Of a DNA stretch of 64,000 nucleotides, positions 39,090 to 48,465 are shown piece by piece; the first letter of the stretch is position 1, and each line of letters opens with the position of its first letter. The notes under the pieces were generated by a model. The model saw only the letters and a list, made by a program, of their open reading frames with translations, ran no database searches and had not been told where the DNA came from. The stretch covers positions 1 through 64,000 of IMG/VR virus record IMGVR_UViG_3300033182_000581; one strand, 5' to 3'. Made by a program: the position numbers and the translations under genes. The stretch comes from a virus.

Positions 39090-39308
39090 ATGGCTATTGT
39101 AAGTAAACCCCAAACAATCGGAATCGAAATAGATTTGACAGGCCCACAAGGTAACGCTTTTTACCTTTTGGGTACTGCTAAGAACCTCGCCAAACAATTA
39201 GGTTTGAATGGTAACCAAATTATGGAAGAAATGATGAGTGGTGATTACGAAAACCTTCTTCAAGTGTTTGATAAGAACTTCGGTTCAATAGTAACCCTTT
39301 ACCGATAA
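39090..39308 (+). CDS. hypothetical phage protein
   Basis: IDLTGPQGNAFYLLG...M.SGDYENL motif, familiar from phage small proteins. Confidence 0.75.
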   Translation: MAIVSKPQTIGIEIDLTGPQGNAFYLLGTAKNLAKQLGLNGNQIMEEMMSGDYENLLQVFDKNFGSIVTLYR

Positions 39309-39311
39309 ATT

Positions 39312-39527
39312 ATGTTAGTAACTAAAAAATCCCCTATTAGTGGAAATTTAAATTCAATGGAGCTTCCAATTACGGAAGCTCAGTTGGAGGCTCACCGAAA
39401 TGGTGAGTTGGTTCAGAATGTGTTCCCAACACTTTCAGTTGAGGAGCGTGAGTTTTTGGCGAGTGGTATCTCTCCAAAAGAGTGGAACGATTTGTTTGGT
39501 AATTATACGGAAGATGAGTTGGTATAA
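39312..39527 (+). CDS. hypothetical phage protein
   Basis: LVQNVFP.LS.EEREFL.SGI.P.EW motif. Confidence 0.72.
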   Translation: MLVTKKSPISGNLNSMELPITEAQLEAHRNGELVQNVFPTLSVEEREFLASGISPKEWNDLFGNYTEDELV

Positions 39528-39726
39528 AGCACCACCCAATACTTCATGGTATTATCGTGAAATGGGTAGTAGGAACAAAAAGACTGGAAAGTTATCTTAC
39601 TATACCGTAAAGGTAACCGATTACAAAATTGTAGATTGTGAATGTAAAGCAAGAGAGTTCAATCGTTACTCACCTTGTAAACATATGAAACGATTACATC
39701 AAAAATTATCACATTTAGATATATGA
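39514..39726 (+). CDS. SWIM zinc-finger protein
   Basis: CECKAREFNRYSPCKH fits CxC-xn-CxH. Likely start ATG 39514 (MSWYK). Confidence 0.75.
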   Translation: MSWYKAPPNTSWYYREMGSRNKKTGKLSYYTVKVTDYKIVDCECKAREFNRYSPCKHMKRLHQKLSHLDI

Positions 39727-39800
39727 GTTGGTATCAATTAGAAATAGAAGCAGATAAGTACGAAGAGTTGCAGGAATTACTTTTGGAATTATCAGAATAA
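39723..39800 (+). CDS. 25-aa acidic micro-ORF MSWYQLEIEADKYEELQELLLELSE
   Basis: ATGA overlap with the SWIM gene stop; fills the gap before the next promoter. Confidence 0.4.
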   Translation: MSWYQLEIEADKYEELQELLLELSE

Positions 39801-39813
39801 TTTCGTATATTTG
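39782..39813 (+). promoter_or_regulatory. Bacteroidota-type sigma promoter (-33 TTTG, -7 TATATTTG)
   Basis: TTTG 39782-85, 20-nt spacer, TATATTTG 39806-13. Confidence 0.8.
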
Positions 39814-39817
39814 TTAG

Positions 39818-41077
39818 ATGATTGAATTTGTAACTGAGGGAAATATCAGTATGGAGAAGATGTATATCCACCCAATATGGGCGGATATCCATTTACATGC
39901 GACTCAGAACAAACTATCATTATTATATATCTATGATATTGAGAAGGGTAGGGAGCTTGTAGTAAACATCGGTAATTTCGATTATCACAAATCATCGTTG
40001 GATGATATCTCTCTAAATTGTGAGGAAGGGTATATATTGGGTAAAAAATCATTCTTAAATCTGGTCGACCTTCCAAACACTTATGATGCCGATTTGGTAA
40101 AGTACCTACAAGTGAATGATGTATTAGAAAGGGGCCAGACTCCCACCCATTCTCATTTTCATAGAAAGTTCCACAATCTAAAGTGGGTAAACAACTTAAT
40201 ACCAATTTCTAAACACATAGAATCTATCAGAGAGACAAGAGATGAATTCCTTCAGTATTACGATTTGGGTGGGGGAATCACCGAAGGTGTGAAGAAATTT
40301 GAAAATTTCTATATCAAGCCATTACATTCCGTAGAAAAGAATGGTCTTTGGACGGAGAGAGGGATGGAGTGGAGTGAGTATTATCCATATACCTTAACAT
40401 CACGTCCTTCAAATAGGTTTGGGGGAGTAAACTATGCCGCACTTAATAAAGATGATGGTAGTAGAGATAGATTTATTAGTAGGTTCGAAGGGGGTAAGTT
40501 GGTACAATTTGATTATGATGGGTATCACCCACGTATCATTGGTAGAATGGTAGGAGAACCTATTCCAAAAGAAGTATCCGCTCACCAAGCCTTAGCAGAT
40601 ATGTATGGGGTATCGTATGAAGAATCCAAAGGAATCACATTCCGTCAATTGTATGGTGGGGTGCAGGAAGAATATAGAAATATTCCTTTTTTTAAGAAAG
40701 TTTCACACCAAATTGATAAAATGTGGATGGAGTTCAATCGTAAGGGTTGGGTAGAAACTCCATTAGGTAGAAAGTTGATGAAATCAAATCTAAAGGATAT
40801 GAATGCTAACAAACTATTCAACTATATGTTACAAGCAACGGAAACGGAGTTGAATATGAATATCCTTTCAAAAGTGGTAAATTATTTAAAAGATAAAGAA
40901 TCAAAAATGGTGTTATATACATATGATTCATATTTATTAGATATACATCCTAATGAGATTAGTGTATTAAATGATTTAAAGATACTTATAGAGGGGAACG
41001 GATTCCCTACGAAAGTAGAAATCGGTGATACCTATTCAGAAATGGAATCGATTAACATAGAAAACACACAAAGGTAA
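39818..41077 (+). CDS. divergent family A DNA polymerase-like protein
   Basis: TSRPSN (cf. TGRLSS), motif A FDYDGYHPR, motif B KGITFRQLYG, NYMLQATE, motif C YDS. Confidence 0.78.
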   Translation: MIEFVTEGNISMEKMYIHPIWADIHLHATQNKLSLLYIYDIEKGRELVVNIGNFDYHKSSLDDISLNCEEGYILGKKSFLNLVDLPNTYDADLVKYLQVNDVLERGQTPTHSHFHRKFHNLKWVNNLIPISKHIESIRETRDEFLQYYDLGGGITEGVKKFENFYIKPLHSVEKNGLWTERGMEWSEYYPYTLTSRPSNRFGGVNYAALNKDDGSRDRFISRFEGGKLVQFDYDGYHPRIIGRMVGEPIPKEVSAHQALADMYGVSYEESKGITFRQLYGGVQEEYRNIPFFKKVSHQIDKMWMEFNRKGWVETPLGRKLMKSNLKDMNANKLFNYMLQATETELNMNILSKVVNYLKDKESKMVLYTYDSYLLDIHPNEISVLNDLKILIEGNGFPTKVEIGDTYSEMESINIENTQR

Positions 41078-41079
41078 AT

Positions 41080-43470
41080 ATGACTAATTTTCTTGATGAG
41101 ATTATAAGAGCGTGGTGGGTTGAAGTAGGTACAGACCTAACAAACCCCACATCTGATGCATCTATCAAAGGTCTAAAAAAAGTTTTGAGAGAGGACTTTG
41201 AATTTGATAACGATGTTATTACATACATAGTTGAAAGTATTGCGAATCGACCTTCAAACTTCTCATTGAAGGTAGGAAAATCTTCTGGGATTGATGTTGG
41301 TAAAAATCAAACAGCGGTATCCGCACAATTACATCCTAATTGGGAAGAAGAAGAGGGTGATATCTATCAGACGGTAGATTTGGCTGAAGAGGATGAAGAG
41401 GATAAGGAAGATGAAAAGAAAGATGGTGATAGACCTGATTCTGGTGATGATAAAAAGAAGGCTGAAAAAGATATTCAAAAGTCGTCATTAACTGCGTTGG
41501 AAAAAGATAAGTTAAAAAAAGAGGCGATTGATGATAAATTGCTAAAAACAAAACTAAAAAACCCAACTACTGGTAATATGAATCAAGTCAACACTTTATT
41601 AGGTAAAAAGAAATCAGACCCTGCAGCATATAAAGTAGGTAGAGATTTTTTAGGTGATAAGGGTGTATCTGATGATGAAATCGAAAAACAGGCAGATGTA
41701 TCAAACGATGATACACCAACTGAATCAGGTGTTGATAGAAGTGGGTTTGATAAAAAAGATAAAACACACAAAGATAATCCCAACGGACCAACTCGTAAAG
41801 AGATTTTAGATAATTTAAATAGTGGGAATCTCGATGTTCTTTCGGAGTATCAAGATGGTGTTGCACAAAACAGAGAAAAGGGTATTGCAGGTGCCGGAGG
41901 GCCAGTTGCGAGTGAAGGTGAATCAAAATATTGTTCAGCGGTAGATACTAATTTTGATAAATGGGAATCTGAAAATGAAGATGCTATAAATGAAACTACA
42001 TCTAAATTTAAAGAGATAAAAAAATCAGCAGATGAAAAACGTACTGCATCACATTTAGGTTTAGACCCCGATAGTGATGAATTTAACAACTATCTTGCTA
42101 AAAGAGAAGTTTGGTCAAATCAACAATTGGATAAATTAAAGGCAGATAAGGATTCTGTTTTTTACAAAAACTTCAAAGGTGATGAAGGTGCGTATAAAGA
42201 TTGGATGAAAGTGGCATATGATGGTGGAAGAACAACACAGCGTGCCATAAAAGAATCTTCAATTGATACAACAAAACCACATAAAACAATTCAATCAACT
42301 TCTGAGGTAGACCAGGCAGTACAGGCACATTTAGAAGATTCCGTTAAGAATGCAAAATCTCCAGAGGATAAGAAACACGCAGAAACCCAACTAAAAAACT
42401 TTAATAAGTTCAAAGGGTATCATGATACATATGTTATTGGTAAGGATGAGAATGGTAGAACAACCTATATGGGTATCTCAAACAAAAAAGATGACCAGCT
42501 AAGAGACCCTCAGAACAATACAACACCTGCAGCACGATTTGAATCATTAAAAAAGAGTTATGGTAAAGATGTTGCAGATGGTGTAACAAATTCTTTAAAT
42601 AAAAACATAGATAGAGTTTCCAACGTACAACAAAATACTGTCAAAGCAGCAAGTAATATGGAAGTTACTGATGATTTTGTAGCAGTATGTGAAACTAAGG
42701 AAATGAAAAAATATATGAATGGTCTTAGAGGTAGAAAAGATATGAAAAAGTATCTTGAATCTAAAGGGATGGATATTACTAAAGTGAGTAATAAAGAACT
42801 TTTAGTTGAGATGAATAATAAGGCCAAAGAATTAATTGATGAGGGAAAACCAGTACCTTACAACCCATATGGTAAGATTGCAATTAAAGTTGGTGAGTTT
42901 TCTAAAGTTGATAAATTTAAAAAACAATATCCAGATATTAACTTTGATGATTCTTCAGTAACAGGTTCAATTGATATAAAACAAAAAGAACAAAGTGTAG
43001 TTACCGATTCTCACAAATCATTGGTATCTGATTTAACAGATGCAGATAAACCAGATGGTTATTCTGAAGATAACCCTAATGCAGATAATGGAAAACACCA
43101 ACAAGCATACATTAGTGGTGTATTAGATGCATGTCATATTGATACATACATAGATATGGATTCAGATGATGGTATGTTACTTCAAATGGGTATCAATGGT
43201 GTAAAACCATCTATGATTAGAAATTGTGTTGCTGAAAGAAGTGGATTCAAAGGTGATACATCAACACCCGAAGGTAAGGCCGCATTAAAAAGTCATTTAA
43301 GAAAAAGATGTAGAGTTACTCCAGGTGAATCTTCTGTAAAAATTATGGATAATGGTAAAGAAGTAGATTTATTTGAAGATACTTGGAGAACTGCAGGAAC
43401 TTCTCAGAAAGTTGCTACTCACTTTGGTGGTGCTATGAGAAAATGTTTACAGAAAAAAGCAGCCAGATAA
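41080..43470 (+). CDS. large hypothetical protein
   Basis: 796-aa charged ORF with an acidic linker; no recognised domain. Confidence 0.7.
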   Translation: MTNFLDEIIRAWWVEVGTDLTNPTSDASIKGLKKVLREDFEFDNDVITYIVESIANRPSNFSLKVGKSSGIDVGKNQTAVSAQLHPNWEEEEGDIYQTVDLAEEDEEDKEDEKKDGDRPDSGDDKKKAEKDIQKSSLTALEKDKLKKEAIDDKLLKTKLKNPTTGNMNQVNTLLGKKKSDPAAYKVGRDFLGDKGVSDDEIEKQADVSNDDTPTESGVDRSGFDKKDKTHKDNPNGPTRKEILDNLNSGNLDVLSEYQDGVAQNREKGIAGAGGPVASEGESKYCSAVDTNFDKWESENEDAINETTSKFKEIKKSADEKRTASHLGLDPDSDEFNNYLAKREVWSNQQLDKLKADKDSVFYKNFKGDEGAYKDWMKVAYDGGRTTQRAIKESSIDTTKPHKTIQSTSEVDQAVQAHLEDSVKNAKSPEDKKHAETQLKNFNKFKGYHDTYVIGKDENGRTTYMGISNKKDDQLRDPQNNTTPAARFESLKKSYGKDVADGVTNSLNKNIDRVSNVQQNTVKAASNMEVTDDFVAVCETKEMKKYMNGLRGRKDMKKYLESKGMDITKVSNKELLVEMNNKAKELIDEGKPVPYNPYGKIAIKVGEFSKVDKFKKQYPDINFDDSSVTGSIDIKQKEQSVVTDSHKSLVSDLTDADKPDGYSEDNPNADNGKHQQAYISGVLDACHIDTYIDMDSDDGMLLQMGINGVKPSMIRNCVAERSGFKGDTSTPEGKAALKSHLRKRCRVTPGESSVKIMDNGKEVDLFEDTWRTAGTSQKVATHFGGAMRKCLQKKAAR

Positions 43471-43484
43471 TACGGAGAAAATGA

Positions 43485-43874
43485 GTGAGAACACAACTAT
43501 TATGTACCTTCACAACTGAAGATTTGTTTGAGGGGATACTTAAAAATATATTTAATTCCTATGAATTGTTCAGCAGGAAGATATTCATACTTAAATTAGA
43601 CCCATCCAAAGAGTTGGTGATAAGCTATAACATTATACCAAATAGAGAGACCAGATTTTTATCATCTACTATAATGGTACATAGAAAAAAAGAAAGTAAT
43701 ACGATATATACCATCAACGCATTGAATCGTTTGATTGAGAATTTGAATGGTGGTGTATTGGATAAATCATATCAGATAGAGTGGAATGATTACCGCAATT
43801 CTATGATTCTAACTGATGGTGATGGGTATAAGATTATGAAAACGAATTTGTTTAGAATAATTGATGTTAATTAA
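43485..43874 (+). CDS. hypothetical protein
   Basis: GTG start after GGAG; HRKKESNTIYTINALN. Confidence 0.7.
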   Translation: MRTQLLCTFTTEDLFEGILKNIFNSYELFSRKIFILKLDPSKELVISYNIIPNRETRFLSSTIMVHRKKESNTIYTINALNRLIENLNGGVLDKSYQIEWNDYRNSMILTDGDGYKIMKTNLFRIIDVN

Positions 43875-43884
43875 AAAATTTTGA

Positions 43885-44023
43885 TATTTATATAGGAGAA
43901 AGGTTTGGTAATCCCAAATCTTTTTCGTATATTTGTAACCATATCAACACATGGGAGTAAATGCGTGTTGAGAATAAAAAGTGAAATATAATTTGGATAA
44001 TTGAAAAATTATTCGTATATTTG
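43885..44023 (+). promoter_or_regulatory. triple promoter region of SSB gene: late box plus two Bacteroidota-type promoters
   Basis: TATTTATA at 43885; TTTG-N20-TATATTTG at 43904-43935 and 43992-44023. Confidence 0.75.
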
Positions 44024-44061
44024 TATCAATATAAGTTTAACAATTAAAAAATGGAGTAATT

Positions 44062-44856
44062 ATGGCAATCGATTTGAATGCAATCCGAAACCGTCTGGAC
44101 AGTCTGCAGACGAAAACTACAAAGACTGACAATTTATGGAAGCCAAAACCTGGCAAACAACAAGTAAGAATCGTTCCTTACGTTCACAATCCATCAAACC
44201 CTTTTATTGAATTGTTTTTCCACTACAACTTTGGTGGTAAAAACATCCTATCACCTCAAACGCATGGTGAGGCAGACCCATTAGTGGAGTTTGCTGACCA
44301 ATTGAAAGCAACTGGTGATAGAAATGATTGGAATCTATCAAAACAATTAACACCTAAGATGAGAACTTACGTTCCTGTATTGGTTCGTGGTGAAGAATCA
44401 GAGGGAGTTAAGTTTTGGGGATTTGGTAAGACAGTGTATCAAGAACTTCTTGCCTTCTTTGCTGACCCAGATTATGGTGATTTAACTGACCCAACAAGTG
44501 GTAGAGATATTACAGTTGAGTTTAAAACCGCTAAAGAGTTGGGTAAGAATTATCCTGAAACTTACATCAGAGTAAAACCTAACCAAACACCAATTACTGA
44601 AGATAGTAACGTGTTGAATCGGTTGAAAGAACAAATTGAACTACCTAATATGTTCAAAAAGTATTCTTATGATGAAATGAAATCGTTGTTGGAAACTTGG
44701 TTGGAAACTGGTCAGGTAGGTGATTCTGAAGAAGAGGAAACTCAACCAACTCAATCACAATCAAATGATTCACCATTCAATGATGAACCACAGGCAGTAT
44801 CTAACGCAACCACTGCTAATGTAAAAGATGCGTTTGACGATTTATTTAACAACTAA
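44062..44856 (+). CDS. gp32: single-stranded DNA-binding protein (gp32-like)
   Basis: LWKP..G...VRIVP, PF.E..FHY, VKFWGFGK.VY, D.TDP..GRDI; acidic tail ending DAFDDLF. Confidence 0.85.
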   Translation: MAIDLNAIRNRLDSLQTKTTKTDNLWKPKPGKQQVRIVPYVHNPSNPFIELFFHYNFGGKNILSPQTHGEADPLVEFADQLKATGDRNDWNLSKQLTPKMRTYVPVLVRGEESEGVKFWGFGKTVYQELLAFFADPDYGDLTDPTSGRDITVEFKTAKELGKNYPETYIRVKPNQTPITEDSNVLNRLKEQIELPNMFKKYSYDEMKSLLETWLETGQVGDSEEEETQPTQSQSNDSPFNDEPQAVSNATTANVKDAFDDLFNN

Positions 44857-44868
44857 TATTAGGGTATA

Positions 44869-45990
44869 ATGGCTAAAACAAATAGAGATGAATTATCTTC
44901 ACTTCTAGCCGATAACCTTAATAAGAAGTTCAAAGGACAACAAAAAGTTGCATATTTCTTAGATGGCTCCGAGCAGACACCCACCGACCTTACTGAGTGG
45001 GTGTCCACCGGAGATGATATGTTAGATTTAGCAATTTCAAATCGACCTAATGGTGGATTTCCCGTTGGAAGAATTGTTGAAGTTACAGGTTTAGAAGCGA
45101 GTGGAAAATCACTCCTATCAGCACATACATTGGCAAATACACAAAAGAAGGGTGGATTGGCAGTGTACATTGATACGGAGAACGCAATTAATCAAGAATT
45201 CTTAGAGGCATTAGGTGTTGATACCAAAAAGTTACTTTATGTACCTTTGGAAACAGTTGAAGATATCTTCGATGCAATGGATTCTATTATCGAATCTATC
45301 CGAAAATCTGATAAGGATAGATTGGTAACTATCGTAGTTGATTCAGTAGCAGCAGCAACCACTAAAGTGGAACTATCTGCCGATTACGACCAAGCAGGTT
45401 ACGCAACTCAAAAGGCGATTATCATTTCAAAGGCAATGAGAAAGATTACAAATCTTATTGGTAGAGAAAGAATTTTGGTGGTATTTACGAACCAACTAAG
45501 AGTTAGAATGGGTGTATCATTTGGAGACCCCTACACTACATCAGGTGGTAAAGCATTAGGTTTCCACGCTAGTTGTAGATTGAGAATGAAACAAATGGGT
45601 AAACTCAATTCTAAAGTGGGTGGTGTTGACCAGACAGTTGGTATCAAAACCAGAGTTCAGGTCATTAAGAACCGAATGGGCCCACCACTCAGAGCAGTAG
45701 ATTTTGATATCTACTTTGATAGAGGTATTGATAGATATGGTTCATGGTTAAGTACTATGAAAACATATAAGTTGGTAACTCAGGCAGGTGCATGGTACAC
45801 ATGGACTGATGAAGGAACTGGTGAGGTGATTAAATTCCAAGCCAAAGACTTCTCAGACCTTTTGGAAGAACGACCAGAAATCAAAGAATCGATGTATAAC
45901 CAAATATGTGATACATATATTTTAGGTTATAAGGAAGCGGAAAGTAATGCAAACATAGACTCAACAGAATTTGATGATACAATCGACTAA
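44869..45990 (+). CDS. uvsX: RecA/UvsX recombinase
   Basis: GRIVEVTGLEASGKS, YIDTENA, IVVDSVAA, TNQLR, GGKAL.FHAS.RL, KNR.GPP. Confidence 0.94.
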   Translation: MAKTNRDELSSLLADNLNKKFKGQQKVAYFLDGSEQTPTDLTEWVSTGDDMLDLAISNRPNGGFPVGRIVEVTGLEASGKSLLSAHTLANTQKKGGLAVYIDTENAINQEFLEALGVDTKKLLYVPLETVEDIFDAMDSIIESIRKSDKDRLVTIVVDSVAAATTKVELSADYDQAGYATQKAIIISKAMRKITNLIGRERILVVFTNQLRVRMGVSFGDPYTTSGGKALGFHASCRLRMKQMGKLNSKVGGVDQTVGIKTRVQVIKNRMGPPLRAVDFDIYFDRGIDRYGSWLSTMKTYKLVTQAGAWYTWTDEGTGEVIKFQAKDFSDLLEERPEIKESMYNQICDTYILGYKEAESNANIDSTEFDDTID

Positions 45991-47011
45991 TTACAAAGAA
46001 ATGTTAAATAACTTATCAAATACATCCAATGGTAATGTGAATGATAAAGTTATGATTGTTGATGGCCTCAACCTATTTATTCGCGTTTTTGGGGCTGTGC
46101 CAACATTAAATGATGATGGAGAGCACGTTGGGGGGATAACAGGGTTTCTGTTATCTCTCGGTGCTCTTATCAGAAAGAACAAACCTACAAGAGTTTTGGT
46201 GGTTTTTGATGGTAAGGGTGGTTCTCATCGTAGAAAGAAGTTGTGGAAGGGATACAAAGAAGGTAGAACTGGTCTTACTAAGGTAAATAGATTGGCAGGT
46301 TATGAAGATTTAGAGGACCAGGCCGAATCTATGAAACGTAATTTTAATACCTTAATAAAATACTTAGAATTTCTACCTATCGATTTGTGTTACATAGACC
46401 ACATTGAGGCAGATGATGTGATGGCGTATGCCGCAAAACACATCTTCCAAAAAGAAGTTTTGATAGTATCTTCTGATAAAGATTTTTTACAATTAGTTGA
46501 TGATAGAATTTCAGTATATCTACCAACTAAAAAGAAATGGATGGGCAAAGATGATGTAAAAGAGTTATTTGGAGTTCCACCACACAATTTAGTTTATTAT
46601 AGAATATTCGATGGTGATAAATCCGATAATATTCCCGGTGTAAGGGGTATTGGGCCAAAAACCTTAGTAAATAAATTAGATTTTCTTCAATCAGATGAAC
46701 TTACATTAGATACCCTATTTGAAAAGGTATCTCAGATGGATGATGAAAAACTAAAGAACAAAATTTTAGAGAATAAAGATATTCTTCAGTTAAATTATGA
46801 TTTAATGCAGCTATCCAATCCTATTATGGGTTCTGCCATCACATCTAATGTTAGAAATATCATAAATTCACCTATCAATGGGTTGAATTCTTTTCAATTC
46901 AAAAAAGAGTTTATGATTGATAAATTGTACACCGCATTTAAGAACGTAGAAACGTGGTTGGTGAACACATGGGGTGATTTAGATAGGTATTCAAAACAAA
47001 CCAGAAAATAG
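45971..47011 (+). CDS. rnh: 5'-3' exonuclease / T4 RNase H (FEN family)
   Basis: IVDGLN, VFDG, YKEGR, EADD, SSDKDFLQL, GDKSDNIPGV.GIGPKT. Confidence 0.92.
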   Translation: MMIQSTNYKEMLNNLSNTSNGNVNDKVMIVDGLNLFIRVFGAVPTLNDDGEHVGGITGFLLSLGALIRKNKPTRVLVVFDGKGGSHRRKKLWKGYKEGRTGLTKVNRLAGYEDLEDQAESMKRNFNTLIKYLEFLPIDLCYIDHIEADDVMAYAAKHIFQKEVLIVSSDKDFLQLVDDRISVYLPTKKKWMGKDDVKELFGVPPHNLVYYRIFDGDKSDNIPGVRGIGPKTLVNKLDFLQSDELTLDTLFEKVSQMDDEKLKNKILENKDILQLNYDLMQLSNPIMGSAITSNVRNIINSPINGLNSFQFKKEFMIDKLYTAFKNVETWLVNTWGDLDRYSKQTRK

Positions 47012-47012
47012 G

Positions 47013-47044
47013 TTTGTTTATTTAAAATAAAATTCGTATATTTG
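47013..47044 (+). promoter_or_regulatory. Bacteroidota-type promoter
   Basis: TTTG-N20-TATATTTG. Confidence 0.8.
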
Positions 47045-47050
47045 TATCCT

Positions 47051-48409
47051 ATGGATAAATTTGGAAATAAGTTTGGAACAAGCTTTCAGATTAAGATAAT
47101 CTCAGCGCTACTATCTGATAGGATATTCCTTCAGACAGTTTACGATATTATCAAACCTGAATACTTTGATTCAGAATCTAATGAGTGGATTGTAAAGAAG
47201 ATTCTATCTCATTTTGATGGATATAATGAACTTCCAACATTAGATGTATTCAAAGTTGAGGTATCTAAGATTGAGAGAGATGTTCTAAAACAATCCATTG
47301 TAGATAATCTAAAGCAGATTTGGAATGGGTTGGAATCTGATGATTTAGATTATGTAAAAGAGAAAACCTTAGAATTTTGTAAAAATCAAGAGGTTAAGAA
47401 CGCAATCTTAGAATCAGTTACTCTTTTAGAGGAAGGTAAGTTCGATATCATCAAATCAAAGATTGATGATGCGATGAAAGCCGGACAGGATACTGATGTA
47501 GGGCATGAATACAAAGTTCATGTCAAAGAAAGATATGAATCTACTGTTAGGGATGTGATTCCAACGGGATGGGATGTGATTGATGAGTTAGCAGATGGTG
47601 GTTTTGGTAAAGGTGAGTTGATAATGTTTGCAGCACCACCGGGTATTGGTAAGTCTTGGGCATTGATAAATGTAGGAATGGCTGCGGCGAAGAAAGGTAA
47701 GACCGTAGTACATTATACATTAGAATTGAATGAAGGTTATGTAGGTCAAAGATATGATGCGGTTCTGACTGGTACGGCAGTTCCGAATCTAAAGTACAAC
47801 ATTGAAGATGTACAACAACAGGTTAGTAATCTGAGTGGTGAGTTGATTATTAAATACTGGCCTACCAAAACCGCCTCTATTAACGCATTAAGGGCATCTT
47901 TGGATAAATTGAAACTGCAGGGTAAACAACCTGATGTAATCATTGTGGATTATGCAGATTTGATTAAAGGTAATAGTAGAAAAGAAAGACACGAAGAATT
48001 AGAAGAGATTGTAGAATCACTCAGAGGTATTGCGGGTGAGTATGAATGTCCTCTATTTACAGCATCTCAAATTAACCGAAGTGGGGCTGATGATGATATT
48101 ATCACAGGTACTAAAATTGCAGGTTCATTCTCCAAATTGATGACTGCTGATTTTGTTGTTTCACTAAGTAGAAAGATTGAAGATAAGTTGGCTGGGACTG
48201 GTAGATGGCACGTTATCAAAAATCGATTTGGGCCTGATGGTATGACTTTACCATCTAAAGCGAATATGAGTAATGGTAGAATTAACATATATTCAGATGA
48301 TTCCATTGATGGTAAAAAGACCCAAAGTGATATGTTAAAGGGGGAGAGTTTAGTAAGAAAGAATTTGTTACAAAAATACAACGAAATGAAGGGTGATATT
48401 GATGTTTAA
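47051..48409 (+). CDS. gp41: replicative DnaB-like helicase (gp41)
   Basis: APPGIGKS, YTLEL, IIVDYADL, TASQINR, KNRFG. Confidence 0.92.
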   Translation: MDKFGNKFGTSFQIKIISALLSDRIFLQTVYDIIKPEYFDSESNEWIVKKILSHFDGYNELPTLDVFKVEVSKIERDVLKQSIVDNLKQIWNGLESDDLDYVKEKTLEFCKNQEVKNAILESVTLLEEGKFDIIKSKIDDAMKAGQDTDVGHEYKVHVKERYESTVRDVIPTGWDVIDELADGGFGKGELIMFAAPPGIGKSWALINVGMAAAKKGKTVVHYTLELNEGYVGQRYDAVLTGTAVPNLKYNIEDVQQQVSNLSGELIIKYWPTKTASINALRASLDKLKLQGKQPDVIIVDYADLIKGNSRKERHEELEEIVESLRGIAGEYECPLFTASQINRSGADDDIITGTKIAGSFSKLMTADFVVSLSRKIEDKLAGTGRWHVIKNRFGPDGMTLPSKANMSNGRINIYSDDSIDGKKTQSDMLKGESLVRKNLLQKYNEMKGDIDV

Positions 48410-48465
48410 TCAGTATTTATAATCACTCAATAAAAGTTTAATAGAAGTAAAATCAGGAAAAAGTA

